Assembly: GCA_964291625.2 (NCBI GenBank)
Contig: OZ220089.1
Location: forward strand, 2,176,001-2,240,000
Reading direction: 5' to 3'
Length of the DNA stretch: 64,000 nucleotides
Source of the DNA: Candidatus Latescibacterota bacterium
Lineage (GTDB): Bacteria > Latescibacterota > UBA2968 > UBA8231
The notes beneath the pieces are model-generated. The model worked only from the letters and a program-made list of their open reading frames with translations. It searched no databases and had not been told where the DNA came from. Shown here piece after piece: positions 47,768 to 57,163 of this stretch (position 1 is its first letter; each line of letters begins with the position of its first letter). Position numbers and translations under genes: made by a program.

Positions 47768-47822
47768 TTCCCCTTCGAGGCCGTCGTGAAGACACGACGC
47801 ACTCGAAGGGAGGACTGAGCCG

Positions 47823-50199
47823 ATGCTGCGCAACTACCTGGTGTGCGCCTGGCGCAATCTGTGGCGCTACCGGATGTATTCCGTCATCAACGTGGGCGGG
47901 CTGGCCGCGGCCTACGTGGTCACCATCATGGTGGGCCTGTTCCTGCACGGCGAGATGACCTGGGACCGCTTCCACGCCCGCGGCGAGCGGATCTACCAGG
48001 TCTACGTGATCTGGCGTCAGGCCGAGGACCGCCAGGCGCTGCGCAACTCCTACCGCTGGACGCCGGGGGCCCTGGGCGCCGAGATGGTGGCCACCGTCCC
48101 CGGGGTGCTGCGCTCGGTGCGCCTCGAGGAGGAGAAACAGGCCCTGCTGAGCTACGAGGACCGGGTCTTCGAGGAGCAGGGACTGCATGCCGATCCCGGG
48201 TTCTTCGAGCTCTTCACCTTCCCCCTGGTCGCCGGCGATCCGGCCACCGCCCTGACCGCGCCCGGATCGATCGTGGTCTCGACGCGGCTGGCGCGGCGGC
48301 TCTTCGGCGACCAGGAACCGATGGGCCGGACCGTCCAGCTCGGGTGGCGCGGGGACGGCGGGGACTTCGTCGTCACCGGGGTCGCCGACGACGTGCCCTA
48401 CGCGTCCAGCCTGCGCTTCGACTGGGTGATCCCCTTCGTCCACCACCTGGACCATATCGACCGGTCGTACGGGGAGGATGCCAGTCCCTGGGTCACGGCC
48501 GGCCAGACCTTCCTGGAGATAGCCGACGCCGAGGGCGTGGAGGCGGCCCGGGCCTTCGACCTCGACCGCTACATGGAGAAGGATGAGCAGGGCGACGATC
48601 TGGCCCTGGTTCCCCTCTTCGACAAGCGGCTGCACCAGGGCCTCAGCAGAGGCAGGATGACCCTGGTCTACGGCTACGCCTTCGTCGCTTTCCTGGTGCT
48701 CCTGCTGGCCTGCATCAACTTCGCCAACCTGGCGGCGGGCCTGTCGCTGACGAGGGCCCGGGAGGTCGGGGTGCGCAAGGTGATCGGCGCCGGCCGGGGA
48801 CAGGTCATGGGGCAGTACCTGGCAGAGGCCGTGCTGCTCAGCTTCGGGGCCCTGGCCCTGGCCGTGCCGCTCACCGAGAGCTTGCTGCCGGGCCTCAACC
48901 GCCTCGGGACCTGGGGCCAGGCCCTCCTGCAACTCGACATGCGCTATACGGCGGAAACGGCGGCGGCCCTGGCGGGCCTCGCCGTCGTCATGGGGCTCGT
49001 GGCCGGCGCCTACCCGGCCCTGGTGCAGTCGCGCATGCAGCCGTTGGACATTCTGCGGAATCGCCTCCAGGCGGGAACCCGGGCCGGCAGCGTTCTGGTG
49101 GTCCTGCAGTTCGCGGCCTCCACCGTCTTCCTCACGACGGCCCTGGTCGTGAGCAGGCAGGTCGACCACTGGACCTCCCTCGACCAGGGCTACGACCCGG
49201 GCTCGGTGGTGTGCCTTCCGACTCTCGCCCAATCGACGGCGGACGGCGTGCACCCGTCCCAACGCTTCCTCGAGATCTTCCGCCGCGAGGTTCGGCCCCT
49301 TCCGGGCGTCCTCGACGTGTCCGGCTCGACGGACTTCGTCTCGGGACATGGGAGCTTCCACCTCGAGGGCAAGGAGGGGCCCTGGATCGCCCAGATCGAG
49401 GTCGATCCCGGCTTCGTCCGCACCCTCGGCCTGGAGCTGATCGAGGGCGAGGACTTCCCGCCCGACGCGGTGGCCAGCGGCGGTCTGGCCCTCGTCAACC
49501 AGGGCCTGGCGGATCGCCTGGAGGGCCGGGCGATCGGTACCGAGCTGGTGGGCGAGCGCGGGCAGCAGCCGCGGATCATCGGCGTGGTCTCCAACTTCGA
49601 GCACAAGTCCTACATCCCGGCCTCCTACCCCACCCTGATCAGCGTGCGGCCCGACCGCCCCATCGAGACGGTGCTGGTGCGCCTGCGGGCCGGGGATCCG
49701 TCCCGCGCCCTCGCCGGCCTGCGCGAGGCCTGGGACCGGCTGGCGCCGGGGGCGCCCTTCAGCTACCGGTTTCTCGAAGACCATATCGCCGACCGCCACC
49801 GGCACAGGGGAGTCCTCGCCAGCCGCCTGCGCTGGCTGGCCGGGGTTCCTCGCCCTGATCTCCTGTCTCGGCGTCTTCGGCATGGCCTCCCTCGCGGTGA
49901 GCAAGCGCCGAAAGGAGGTCGGCATCCGCAAGGTCCACGGCGCCTCGGTGACGAGCGTGGTCGTGCTGCTGTCGTCCCGGTCCACGAGGCTGGTGCTGCT
50001 CGCCGTGGCCATCGGCCTGCCCCTCGCCTACCAGCTCTCGGAGCGCTTTCTCGCGGAGGAGGTGAACCGCATCGACCTCGACCTGCTCAGCTACCTGGCG
50101 GGCGGCTTCATCGCCCTCGGCCTGACCTGGCTGGTGTCGGGGTACCACGCCCTGCGCGCGGCCCTCATGAACCCGGTGCACTCGCTGAGCGACGAGTAG
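47823..50199 (+). CDS. MacB/FtsX-family permease 12, apparent +1 frameshift at ~49842-49845
   Basis: Permease motifs in ORF 47823 up to ~49840; C-terminal ISCLGVFGMASL...EVGIRK...NPVHSLSDE lies in another frame; removing one G from GGGG restores the frame. Confidence 0.82.
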
Positions 50200-50209
50200 G
50201 AGAAGATCC

Positions 50210-50788
50210 GTGATCGAAGTGATCGAGGACATCGCCCTGCACTGGCACGGTCTCACCGCCGTTTCCACTCTGTTCATTGCGGGCGGCACGACCGTCTCCG
50301 CCATCCTGACGCGGGCTCTCATCAGGGAGAACCGGCTGCTCAGGAAGGCGGACTCGGAGCCGAGGGTTGTCGCCTACTTGGCCAACCTCTCGAATGTCGG
50401 CCGCGGCGCCGCCCGGAACGTGAGCTTCCGGTTTCTCACCAGCGAAGCCGATTTCGAGAGCCATGGAGTCAGTGTGAGCAACACCCCCGACCGGCGACCC
50501 CTCGGCTTCCTTCCCCAGGGAGAGACGTATGCCGTGCTCTTCGGGGCGGTCGATCGCCTGCTCGGGAAACCGCGGCTTCGGCCCTTCCATGTCGCGGTCT
50601 CCTACCAGGACCTGGACGGCAAGCCACGTTCAGAGAAGTTCCTGCTGGATGCAGGACAGTTCGAAGGGTTCCGCAGCCTCGGAGCGCCGCCCGAGCAGGA
50701 GATGGCGGAATCCCTGAAGAAGATCGCGGGCCACCTCGCCCAGGCTAGCCCCGGCGGTCAGGGGTCTGCCGCTCCAGCCGGTGGCTGA
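50210..50788 (+). CDS. Hypothetical protein with N-terminal membrane anchor
   Basis: 192 aa, AGGAG RBS, hydrophobic segment at residues ~15-35; directly follows permease 12. Confidence 0.65.
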   Translation: MIEVIEDIALHWHGLTAVSTLFIAGGTTVSAILTRALIRENRLLRKADSEPRVVAYLANLSNVGRGAARNVSFRFLTSEADFESHGVSVSNTPDRRPLGFLPQGETYAVLFGAVDRLLGKPRLRPFHVAVSYQDLDGKPRSEKFLLDAGQFEGFRSLGAPPEQEMAESLKKIAGHLAQASPGGQGSAAPAGG

Positions 50789-50795
50789 CCTGCCT

Positions 50796-52010
50796 TCAGA
50801 AGGGCCGCCACCTCGGCGACCGTTCCTCCCGGTCGGGGGTGTTGGTGAGATTGACCGGCATGACCGGGCGCTCCTCGACGTGGTCCCAGTCGAAGCCGAC
50901 CGCGGAGACGATGAAGATGTCGAAGGCGCCCTGCGGGGTGTACTTGCCGGTCCTGTTGCTGAAGTGCACGTCCAGGGTGCCGTCCTCCCGGAAGTTCATC
51001 TTCCCCTGGTAGGCCAGGGCCCGGCCGTCCGGTGACCAGACCGGGTCCTGCTCGAAGGTGTGCTTGGCCACCGTGACGCGCACCTGCCTGCCGCTCTCGA
51101 CATCGGCCAGCATCAGTTCCTCGCCTCCGAACCGTTCGGAGTTGAAGGCCAGCCGGCTGCCCTCGGGAGACCAGGCCGCGTGCCAGTCGTAGTGGGAGTC
51201 GTGGGTGAGGCGGCGCAGGTTGGAGCCATCGGCGTCGACGAGGTAGATCTCGTCATTGCCGTCGTACTGGCTGGAGGTGAAGGCGATGTGGTCTCCGTCC
51301 GGAGACCACGCCGGCTCCCGGCCCAGCACCAGCTTGCGCTTGTTGCCGCCGTCGGAGTCCATGAGCCAGATCGCCACGTCGCCGTCGCGATGGCTGTGGA
51401 AGGCGATGGTGCCGCCGTCGGGGGACCAGGCCGGCTGGTCGTCCCGCTCGGGGTGCTCGGTGAGCCGCCGCTCGGCGCCGCCGTCCGCCGCCATCACGTA
51501 GATGTCGATGTTGGTTGTCACGTGGCCGCGGGCGAAGGCGATCTCCCTGCCGTCGGGGGACCACGCGGGGTACTGCTCGAACTCGGGAGTGTCGGTGAGG
51601 CGGGTGGGTTCGCCGCCGGCAGCGGGCATGGTGTAGAGGTCCCAGTCCCGCACGGCGACCGGCGTGGCGGCGTAGAGGATGGTTCCCCGGGGCTGATAGC
51701 CGCCGTTGTGACCGCCGGGGATGGTGATCGTCAACCCGTAGCTGCGAACGCCGGCGACGGACGCCGGCTCCACCTTCAACTCGCGGCTCATCACCTGTTG
51801 GCTGGTCACGACGTTGATGGCGTAGGCCCCCTCCCTGACATCCCCGAAGGAGACGGACCCCGCGTCGACGAGGCGGTTGAATCCGGGCCGGACCTCACCC
51901 GCGTCCAGCCGGACCTTGTTCCCGTCGCCGCCCTCGATTCGAATCGTCACTTCGTTGCCGCCGCACGAAACGACTGCCAGCAGCGACAGCATGGTCGCGC
52001 GCAACCTCAT
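50796..52010 (-). CDS. TolB-like PD40-repeat beta-propeller protein, predicted lipoprotein
   Basis: Repeated P.WSPDG..IAF units; MRLRATMLSLLAVVSC lipobox-like; AGGAGG RBS. Confidence 0.85.
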   Translation of the reverse strand: MRLRATMLSLLAVVSCGGNEVTIRIEGGDGNKVRLDAGEVRPGFNRLVDAGSVSFGDVREGAYAINVVTSQQVMSRELKVEPASVAGVRSYGLTITIPGGHNGGYQPRGTILYAATPVAVRDWDLYTMPAAGGEPTRLTDTPEFEQYPAWSPDGREIAFARGHVTTNIDIYVMAADGGAERRLTEHPERDDQPAWSPDGGTIAFHSHRDGDVAIWLMDSDGGNKRKLVLGREPAWSPDGDHIAFTSSQYDGNDEIYLVDADGSNLRRLTHDSHYDWHAAWSPEGSRLAFNSERFGGEELMLADVESGRQVRVTVAKHTFEQDPVWSPDGRALAYQGKMNFREDGTLDVHFSNRTGKYTPQGAFDIFIVSAVGFDWDHVEERPVMPVNLTNTPDREERSPRWRPF

Positions 52011-52140
52011 GGCCCCTCCTTGAACCGTGTCCACACTCCTCTCCGAGCTAGGCGCGATCGTGGACATAGTCAAGCCAGCCGGCGAACCCAGGGTCCGCGG
52101 GGCCGGAGGACGGACCGGAGCCAGCGGTCTTTGCGCGAGG

Positions 52141-52509
52141 TCAGGCCGGGCCCAGGGCCTTTTCCACCACCCGGAGGATCTGCTCGTTCGTCCAGGGCTT
52201 GATGACGAAGTCAGCGGCCCCGGCCCGGAGGCCCTGCGCCGCCAGTTCGTTGGACCCCCACGACGCCATCAGGACGACGGGCACCTGCGGCCGCCGGCCC
52301 TTGATCGCCTTCAGCAGCTCCAGGCCCTCCTCGCCGCTGGCCCAGCGGGAGAAGTGCATGTCCTGCAGGACCAGCTCCCAGTCGCCGTGCTCCAGCCGCT
52401 GCAGGGCCTCGGCCGGAGAGGCGGCGGCGGCCGAGCGGTATCCGGCCTTCTTGAGCAACAGGGCCAGGCTCGTGGTCACCATGGGATCGTCGTCGACAAC
52501 CAGGATCAT
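52141..52509 (-). CDS. Stand-alone response regulator receiver domain
   Basis: MILVVDDD, LQD (phospho-Asp), GLELL, ADFVIKPW; stop directly after the REC domain. Confidence 0.85.
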   Translation of the reverse strand: MILVVDDDPMVTTSLALLLKKAGYRSAAAASPAEALQRLEHGDWELVLQDMHFSRWASGEEGLELLKAIKGRRPQVPVVLMASWGSNELAAQGLRAGAADFVIKPWTNEQILRVVEKALGPA

Positions 52510-52558
52510 GGCTTCCCCATTCGCGGCAGGGTTGCAGACCACGCTTCGACACGATCGT

Positions 52559-52677
52559 AGCAACAGCCGCGCCACGAGGCGTTACTCCTTGTCCCACCGG
52601 TAGTTGCGGCATCATCGGAGGCTTCCGGCACGGCGCGCGGTGGTCGCCTGCGATACAGAAGTGTCCATCCGTGGACA
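52559..52677 (-). promoter_or_regulatory. Sigma-54 promoter plus upstream activator site for the receiver-only gene
   Basis: Minus strand TGTCC-ACGGAT-GGACA-CTTC-TGTATCG from 52677; TGGCGC-GGCTG-TTGCT at 52574-52559; closely matches the promoter at 20191-20309. Confidence 0.78.
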
Positions 52678-52771
52678 GCTCGGTGCCGTCCCGTTGGACC
52701 GTTGCGTCCCCCTGCGGAGCGGGGCGCCTCAGGGGTCCTCACGCAGGACCAGATCCAGGTTCTCCCGAGGT

Positions 52772-52813
52772 AGTGCTCCAGCACTTTGACACCGGTCTCG
52801 GGTGGGGTAGCTT
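52772..52813 (+). promoter_or_regulatory. Putative sigma-70 promoter with adjacent palindrome
   Basis: AGTGCT-CC-AGCACT (52772-52785) abutting TTGACA (52786-52791), 16 bp spacer, TAGCTT (52808-52813). Confidence 0.45.
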
Positions 52814-52855
52814 GGCCTTGGCGCCAGCATTCCACATCACTCGGGAGCCAACCCC

Positions 52856-53014
52856 GTGATCGTCGACTGGATCACCCCCGCCCTGGTCGTCGCCGTCGGC
52901 CTGGGATTGTGGCGGTACTTCCACACGGAGCTACGCAGCTTGCGCCAGGAGATCCGCACCGAGTTGCGCCATCTCCACGACCGCCTCGACCGCCACCTGG
53001 AGGGAGACCCATGA
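52856..53014 (+). CDS. Small (52 aa) membrane-anchored coiled-coil protein
   Basis: Below the ORF-track cutoff; GGGAG RBS, GTG start, MIVDWITPALVVAVGLGLWRYFHTELRSLRQEIRTELRHLHDRLDRHLEGDP. Confidence 0.6.
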   Translation: MIVDWITPALVVAVGLGLWRYFHTELRSLRQEIRTELRHLHDRLDRHLEGDP

Positions 53015-53067
53015 AACATCCCACCGGCGTCGACCAAGCTCGGTAAGCACATCGTCGACCTCCGCGC

Positions 53068-53135
53068 CCGGCCTCGCCGCCCTCATGGGCCCGCGAGTTC
53101 GCCTGGCTCGGACTCCTCGGCGCCGCCGCCTGTCC
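53068..53135 (+). pseudogene. Short remnant of the 3' region of a permease 8/11-type gene
   Basis: GGCCTCGCCGCCCTCATGGGCCCGCGAGTTCGCCTGGCTCGGACTCCTCGGCGCCGCCGCC closely matches 39791-39850 and 47152-47212. Confidence 0.75.
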
Positions 53136-53164
53136 AGATTCCCGCCGGCAGCGTGCTGTCGGCT

Positions 53165-53199
53165 CAAGGGCCGCTCTTCGGAGCGGCCCTTGCTCTTTT
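53165..53199 (+). terminator. Intrinsic terminator hairpin (copy 1)
   Basis: CAAGGGCCGCTC-TTCG-GAGCGGCCCTTG, perfect 12 bp stem followed by CTCTTTT. Confidence 0.8.
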
Positions 53200-53575
53200 C
53201 AGGGTCCCCTGCCCAGGACCAGCTCCATGCTCTCACGGGACATCAGATCGGTCTCGGCGCCCGGCTCGAGGAAGGGGCCGACGTCGGCCTTCAGGCGATC
53301 CCAGTCCACGGTGCCCAGCCGGCCGCGGACGATCCGGCGCCAGGTGTGTTGTGCCGGACGCTCCTCCTCCCATCCGCTCTGCTGCAGCGCCTTGTCGAGC
53401 AGGACGAGGTTGGGCTCCGGCCAGTCGGGATCGCTCAGGTACCAGAGCAGGTCGTAGAAGTCGCGGCCCTTGGGCCAGGGCCGGTGCAGCACGGCGTGCA
53501 GCTTGCCCGCCAACAGCGAAGCCCGGTCGTGGTGCTGCAGCCGAAGGGTGACGTGGCGGCCGACGAGCCCTTCAC
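53199..53575 (-). pseudogene. AbiEii-family nucleotidyltransferase toxin, N-terminal half deleted
   Basis: GTG start overlapping the antitoxin stop (GTGA) is joined out of frame to LVGRHVTLRLQHHDRASLLAGKLHAVL...KGRDFYDLLWYL; N-terminal GGT NTase motif absent. Confidence 0.75.
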
Positions 53576-54213
53576 AGCGTCTCGTACTCCTGCGCTTCGG
53601 CCTCGATCAGGGAGACCACGCTCCGGGCCGCGCGCATCAGCTTCGGGCTGCCGGAGCGCGCGGCCAGCCGCATCAGCTCGGCTGCATCGAGGAGGTCGAG
53701 ATTCCGCAGGCGCAACCCGTGCAGGTAGGGCAATCCGTCGCCCCCGGGTTGCAGGTGGACCAGGTCCAGCAGGGCCTTCTCCGGACTGGCCACGAAGACC
53801 TGCTGGCCATCTCCCACGTCGGCCGCCCGGTAGCCGTAGAGAAGGGCGGGGCCGAGATGGCGGAACTCGCACCGGCCCAGGGGGGTGTCCCAGCGGTTGG
53901 GCCTTCCGGTGCAGACGCTGGTGACCACCGGGCTGAACTCCGGGATCAGGTGGTGGTGGGTCAGGGCCGCCTGGCAACTCACGTAGGAACCGCTCACCAG
54001 GCGATTGGCTACCAGGAAGGGATGAGGTCTCGACTTCTGAAAAGGCGGTGCCAGGGCGTAGAGTCCCCGGCGCAGCTGGTAGAGGTGCCCGGCCCGGGTC
54101 CAGCGCGACAACTGGCGCCGCACGTCCGCCGGATCGACGGCGCCGGAGAGGAGCAAACCCGTCTCAAAGACCGGTTCCTCCCCGACGATCTCGAGCAATT
54201 GGGGGAATTTCAT
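53572..54213 (-). CDS. AbiEi-family type IV TA antitoxin / transcriptional regulator
   Basis: QLSRW...L.QLRRGLY, SYVS...AL..H.LIPE, VTSV, ASPEKALLD motifs. Confidence 0.85.
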   Translation of the reverse strand: MKFPQLLEIVGEEPVFETGLLLSGAVDPADVRRQLSRWTRAGHLYQLRRGLYALAPPFQKSRPHPFLVANRLVSGSYVSCQAALTHHHLIPEFSPVVTSVCTGRPNRWDTPLGRCEFRHLGPALLYGYRAADVGDGQQVFVASPEKALLDLVHLQPGGDGLPYLHGLRLRNLDLLDAAELMRLAARSGSPKLMRAARSVVSLIEAEAQEYETL

Positions 54214-54252
54214 GGCAGTAAAATGCCATGATTGCCCTGTTATGGCAACGGA

Positions 54253-55611
54253 TCAGAACCGCAGGGAGAACACCGTCTGCACCCCCGGTTCCGACCGCGC
54301 CGAGATCGTGCCCCGGTGCAGGCGCATGATCTGCCGGCACAGGCTCAGACCGATGCCCGAGCCTTCCTGCTTGGTGGTGAAGAAGGGGATGAAGATCCGG
54401 TCCAGGGCCTCCTCGACGATGCCGGGTCCGTTGTCGGCGACGTCGATGACGACGCGGTCGCGATCCATGGAGGCCGTCAGCTCCACCCGCGCCCCGTCAC
54501 GGCCCCCGGCGGCGTCGCAGGCGTTGCGCAGCAGGTTGATGAGCACCTGCTCCACCTGCCCGGGGTCGGCGGTCACCTCCAGGGACGCCGGCTCGACGGC
54601 GTGGACGAGCTCCACCCCCGCCTCCTGGAACTGGTGGCCCATGAGCTGGGTCACGCGCTCGAAGAGGCCGCTCACCGGGGTGATCTGGAAGTCGGGGGCC
54701 GGCACGCGCGTGAGGTCTCGGTAGGCGTCGACGAACTGCAGCAGGCCCTGCGAGCGGCGGTGGATGGTGTGCACGGCGGTGCGCACGTCGTTCACGTCCT
54801 CCCCGGCGACGGTCTCCTGCTGCAGCAAGCCCTCGGCCGTGGCGGACAGGGAGGCGATCGGCGTGATCGAGTTCATGATCTCGTGGGTGAGCACCCGGAT
54901 CAGCCGCTGCCAGGCCTCCATCTCCTGTTCCTCCAGCTCGGACTGGATGTCGTGGAGCGAGACGAGGCGGTGCTCCTCCTCTCCCGTGCGGAAGAGGGCG
55001 GCGAAGCAGGCCAGCTGGCGGACCTCCCCGTCCTCCTCCAGGCGCAGCAGGGCTTTGCGGCGCGGGCCCAGGGTGGTCAGGGTCTCCACCAGGCCGGGGC
55101 CCCGCGACTCGAGGTCGGAGACGTTGGCGAGGCGGTTGACCCGGAGCAGACGCTTGGCGGCGTTGTTGATCAGCGACACCTCGCCCTGCCGGTCGAAGGC
55201 GACGAGGCCGACGCCGATGTGCTGCACCACCATCTGCAGGTAGAGGCCCTGCTCCTCCTTCTCGGCGCGGGTCGCGCGGAAGGCGTCGAGGACCTCGTTG
55301 AAGGACCGCTTCAACTCGTCGAAGGAGGACCCGAGGCCGCCGGTGACGTAGGTCTGGGAGAAGTCGGCGTAGCGGACGGCCTGGAGAAAGCGCGCCAGGT
55401 CGCGGTTGGTGCGGTCCACGAAGCGGATCAGCGACCACACCTGGAAGGCCGCCAGCACCCCGATGACCAGGGGGATCGCCGGGTAGTCGAGGTTCCGCAG
55501 CGACAGCGGGAGCAGCATCAGGGAGAGGCCCAGGAGCAGGACGCGCATCACCACCTGGGCGCGGAAGTTGGCGAACACCGATCGTCGCCGCCGCGGCCGA
55601 TCAGAGGCCAT
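54253..55611 (-). CDS. Sensor histidine kinase (NtrY-like: 2 TM, PAS-like, HATPase)
   Basis: AWQRLIRVLTHEIMNS, QVLINLLRNA, DNGPG, IFIPFFTTK, GSGIGL; start 55611 or GTG 55578. Confidence 0.9.
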   Translation of the reverse strand: MASDRPRRRRSVFANFRAQVVMRVLLLGLSLMLLPLSLRNLDYPAIPLVIGVLAAFQVWSLIRFVDRTNRDLARFLQAVRYADFSQTYVTGGLGSSFDELKRSFNEVLDAFRATRAEKEEQGLYLQMVVQHIGVGLVAFDRQGEVSLINNAAKRLLRVNRLANVSDLESRGPGLVETLTTLGPRRKALLRLEEDGEVRQLACFAALFRTGEEEHRLVSLHDIQSELEEQEMEAWQRLIRVLTHEIMNSITPIASLSATAEGLLQQETVAGEDVNDVRTAVHTIHRRSQGLLQFVDAYRDLTRVPAPDFQITPVSGLFERVTQLMGHQFQEAGVELVHAVEPASLEVTADPGQVEQVLINLLRNACDAAGGRDGARVELTASMDRDRVVIDVADNGPGIVEEALDRIFIPFFTTKQEGSGIGLSLCRQIMRLHRGTISARSEPGVQTVFSLRF

Positions 55612-56986
55612 ACTTCTCCATCCTCCGGTAGAGGGAGGTGCGCGTGAGGCCCAGCTCGCGGGCGGCGTGGCTGACGTTGCCCTGGTGCTTGCGCAGGACG
55701 CGCTCGATGACCACCCGCTCCACGTCCTCGAGGTTGTAGCTGTCGAAGGTCTCCGCCTCCCCCGCGGGGGCCGGTCCGGGCGCGGTGAGCAAAAAGTCGT
55801 CGGCCTCGAGGCGGGGGCCCTCGGCCATGATGACGGCGCGCTCCACGGCGTGCTGCAGCTCGCGCACGTTCCCCGGCCAGGCGTAGGCGCGCAGCTTCTC
55901 CAGGGCGCCGCCGGAGAGGCCGCGCCCGGGGCGGCCGTACTTCTTCCCGTACTGGTCGAGGTAGTGGTCCACCAGGGCCTCGATGTCGCCGGGGCGCTCG
56001 CGCAGGGGCGGGATGCGCACCTCGATGGTGTTGATGCGGTAGAGCAGGTCCTGGCGGAAGCCGCCCTCGCCGACCATGTCGTACACCGGCATGTTGGTGG
56101 CGCACAAGAGGCGCACGTCGATGGGGACCGGCTTGTTCGAGCCGACGCGCACCACCTCCCGGCTCTGCAGGCAGGTGAGCAGCTTGGCCTGCAGCGGCAA
56201 CGGCAGGTTGCCGATCTCGTCGAGGAACAGGGTGCCGCCCGAGGCGACCTCGAAGCGGCCGGCGCGGTCGGAGCGGGCATCGGTGAAGGCGCCCTTCACG
56301 TGGCCGAAGAGCTCGCTGTCGAAGAGGCTCTCGGAGACGGCGCCCATGTCGACGGAGATGAAGACCTCGCCGGCGCGCGCCGAGCGGCGGTGGATCTCCC
56401 GGGCCACCAGCTCCTTGCCGGAGCCGTTCTCGCCGAGGATGAGGACGTTGGCGTCGGTGGCCGACACCTTGGCGATGGTGTCGAAGATCTCGCGCATGGG
56501 GGGCGAGTCGCCGATGATGTCGACGAAGGGCTGGTCGAGGTCGGCGGCCAACTGGTCCTGGCGCGAGCGCAGGCCCCGGGCCTCTGACCGCGAGCTGCGC
56601 AGTTGCGCCGCCGCCGACAGGGTGGCCAGCAGCTTCTCGTTCTGCCACGGCTTGAGGACGAAGTCCACCGCCCCCTCGCGGACGGCGCGCACCGCCATCT
56701 CCACGTCGCCGTACGCGGTGATGGGGATGACCACGGACTCGGGGTCGAGCTCGTGGATCTGCTGCAGCCAGTAGAACCCCTCGCGGCCCGAGGCCGCGTC
56801 CTGGGTGTAGTTCATGTCCAGGAGCACGATGTCGGGCGGGTCGTCGCGCAGTACCGCGGGGATGGCGTGGGGATCGGCCTCGGTGCGGACCTGGTAGCCC
56901 TCCTGCTTGAGCAGCAGCCGGGCGGCGACGAGGACGTCCGGATCGTCGTCGACGATCAGGACCCTGGGCTCGGCGGCGGGCTTCAT
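55601..56986 (-). CDS. Sigma-54-dependent NtrC-family response regulator (REC-AAA+-Fis HTH)
   Basis: VLIVDDD, GENGSGKE, SELFGH.KGAFTDA, LFLDEIG, FRQDLLYRIN, WPGNVREL, C-terminal HTH; GGGAGG RBS. Confidence 0.95.
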   Translation of the reverse strand: MKPAAEPRVLIVDDDPDVLVAARLLLKQEGYQVRTEADPHAIPAVLRDDPPDIVLLDMNYTQDAASGREGFYWLQQIHELDPESVVIPITAYGDVEMAVRAVREGAVDFVLKPWQNEKLLATLSAAAQLRSSRSEARGLRSRQDQLAADLDQPFVDIIGDSPPMREIFDTIAKVSATDANVLILGENGSGKELVAREIHRRSARAGEVFISVDMGAVSESLFDSELFGHVKGAFTDARSDRAGRFEVASGGTLFLDEIGNLPLPLQAKLLTCLQSREVVRVGSNKPVPIDVRLLCATNMPVYDMVGEGGFRQDLLYRINTIEVRIPPLRERPGDIEALVDHYLDQYGKKYGRPGRGLSGGALEKLRAYAWPGNVRELQHAVERAVIMAEGPRLEADDFLLTAPGPAPAGEAETFDSYNLEDVERVVIERVLRKHQGNVSHAARELGLTRTSLYRRMEKYGL

Positions 56987-56999
56987 GGCAGCCTCCCGG

Positions 57000-57120
57000 T
57001 GTACGCCAACGGACACCGCGTGTATCGCCGGCGTGCACCTCCGTCTCTCGGGCGGTTCGGGCCAAAAGTGCTCATCTTGTTGCGCTCCAGTATCTTGGGG
57101 GAAATGGCATGCATCTTGCG
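57000..57120 (+). promoter_or_regulatory. Sigma-54 promoter plus upstream activator site for the MFP-ATPase operon
   Basis: TGTAC-GCCAAC-GGACA-CCGCG-TGTATCG at 57000; TGGCAT-GCATC-TTGCG at 57105-57120. Confidence 0.8.
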
Positions 57121-57163
57121 GTCTGCGATCGCGGAGCGTGCAACAGGAGAAACTGCAAGCATC

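Noticed and set aside
49842-49845. Programmed frameshift or phase variation in permease 12
   Set aside because: Only a G4 run with no slippery heptamer; a single-base sequencing error or recent mutation is more likely
56270-56300. GAFTDA instead of GAFTGA as evidence of a sigma-54-independent regulator
   Set aside because: The critical F-T pair is retained, this variant is common in such regulators, and four sigma-54 promoters lie nearby
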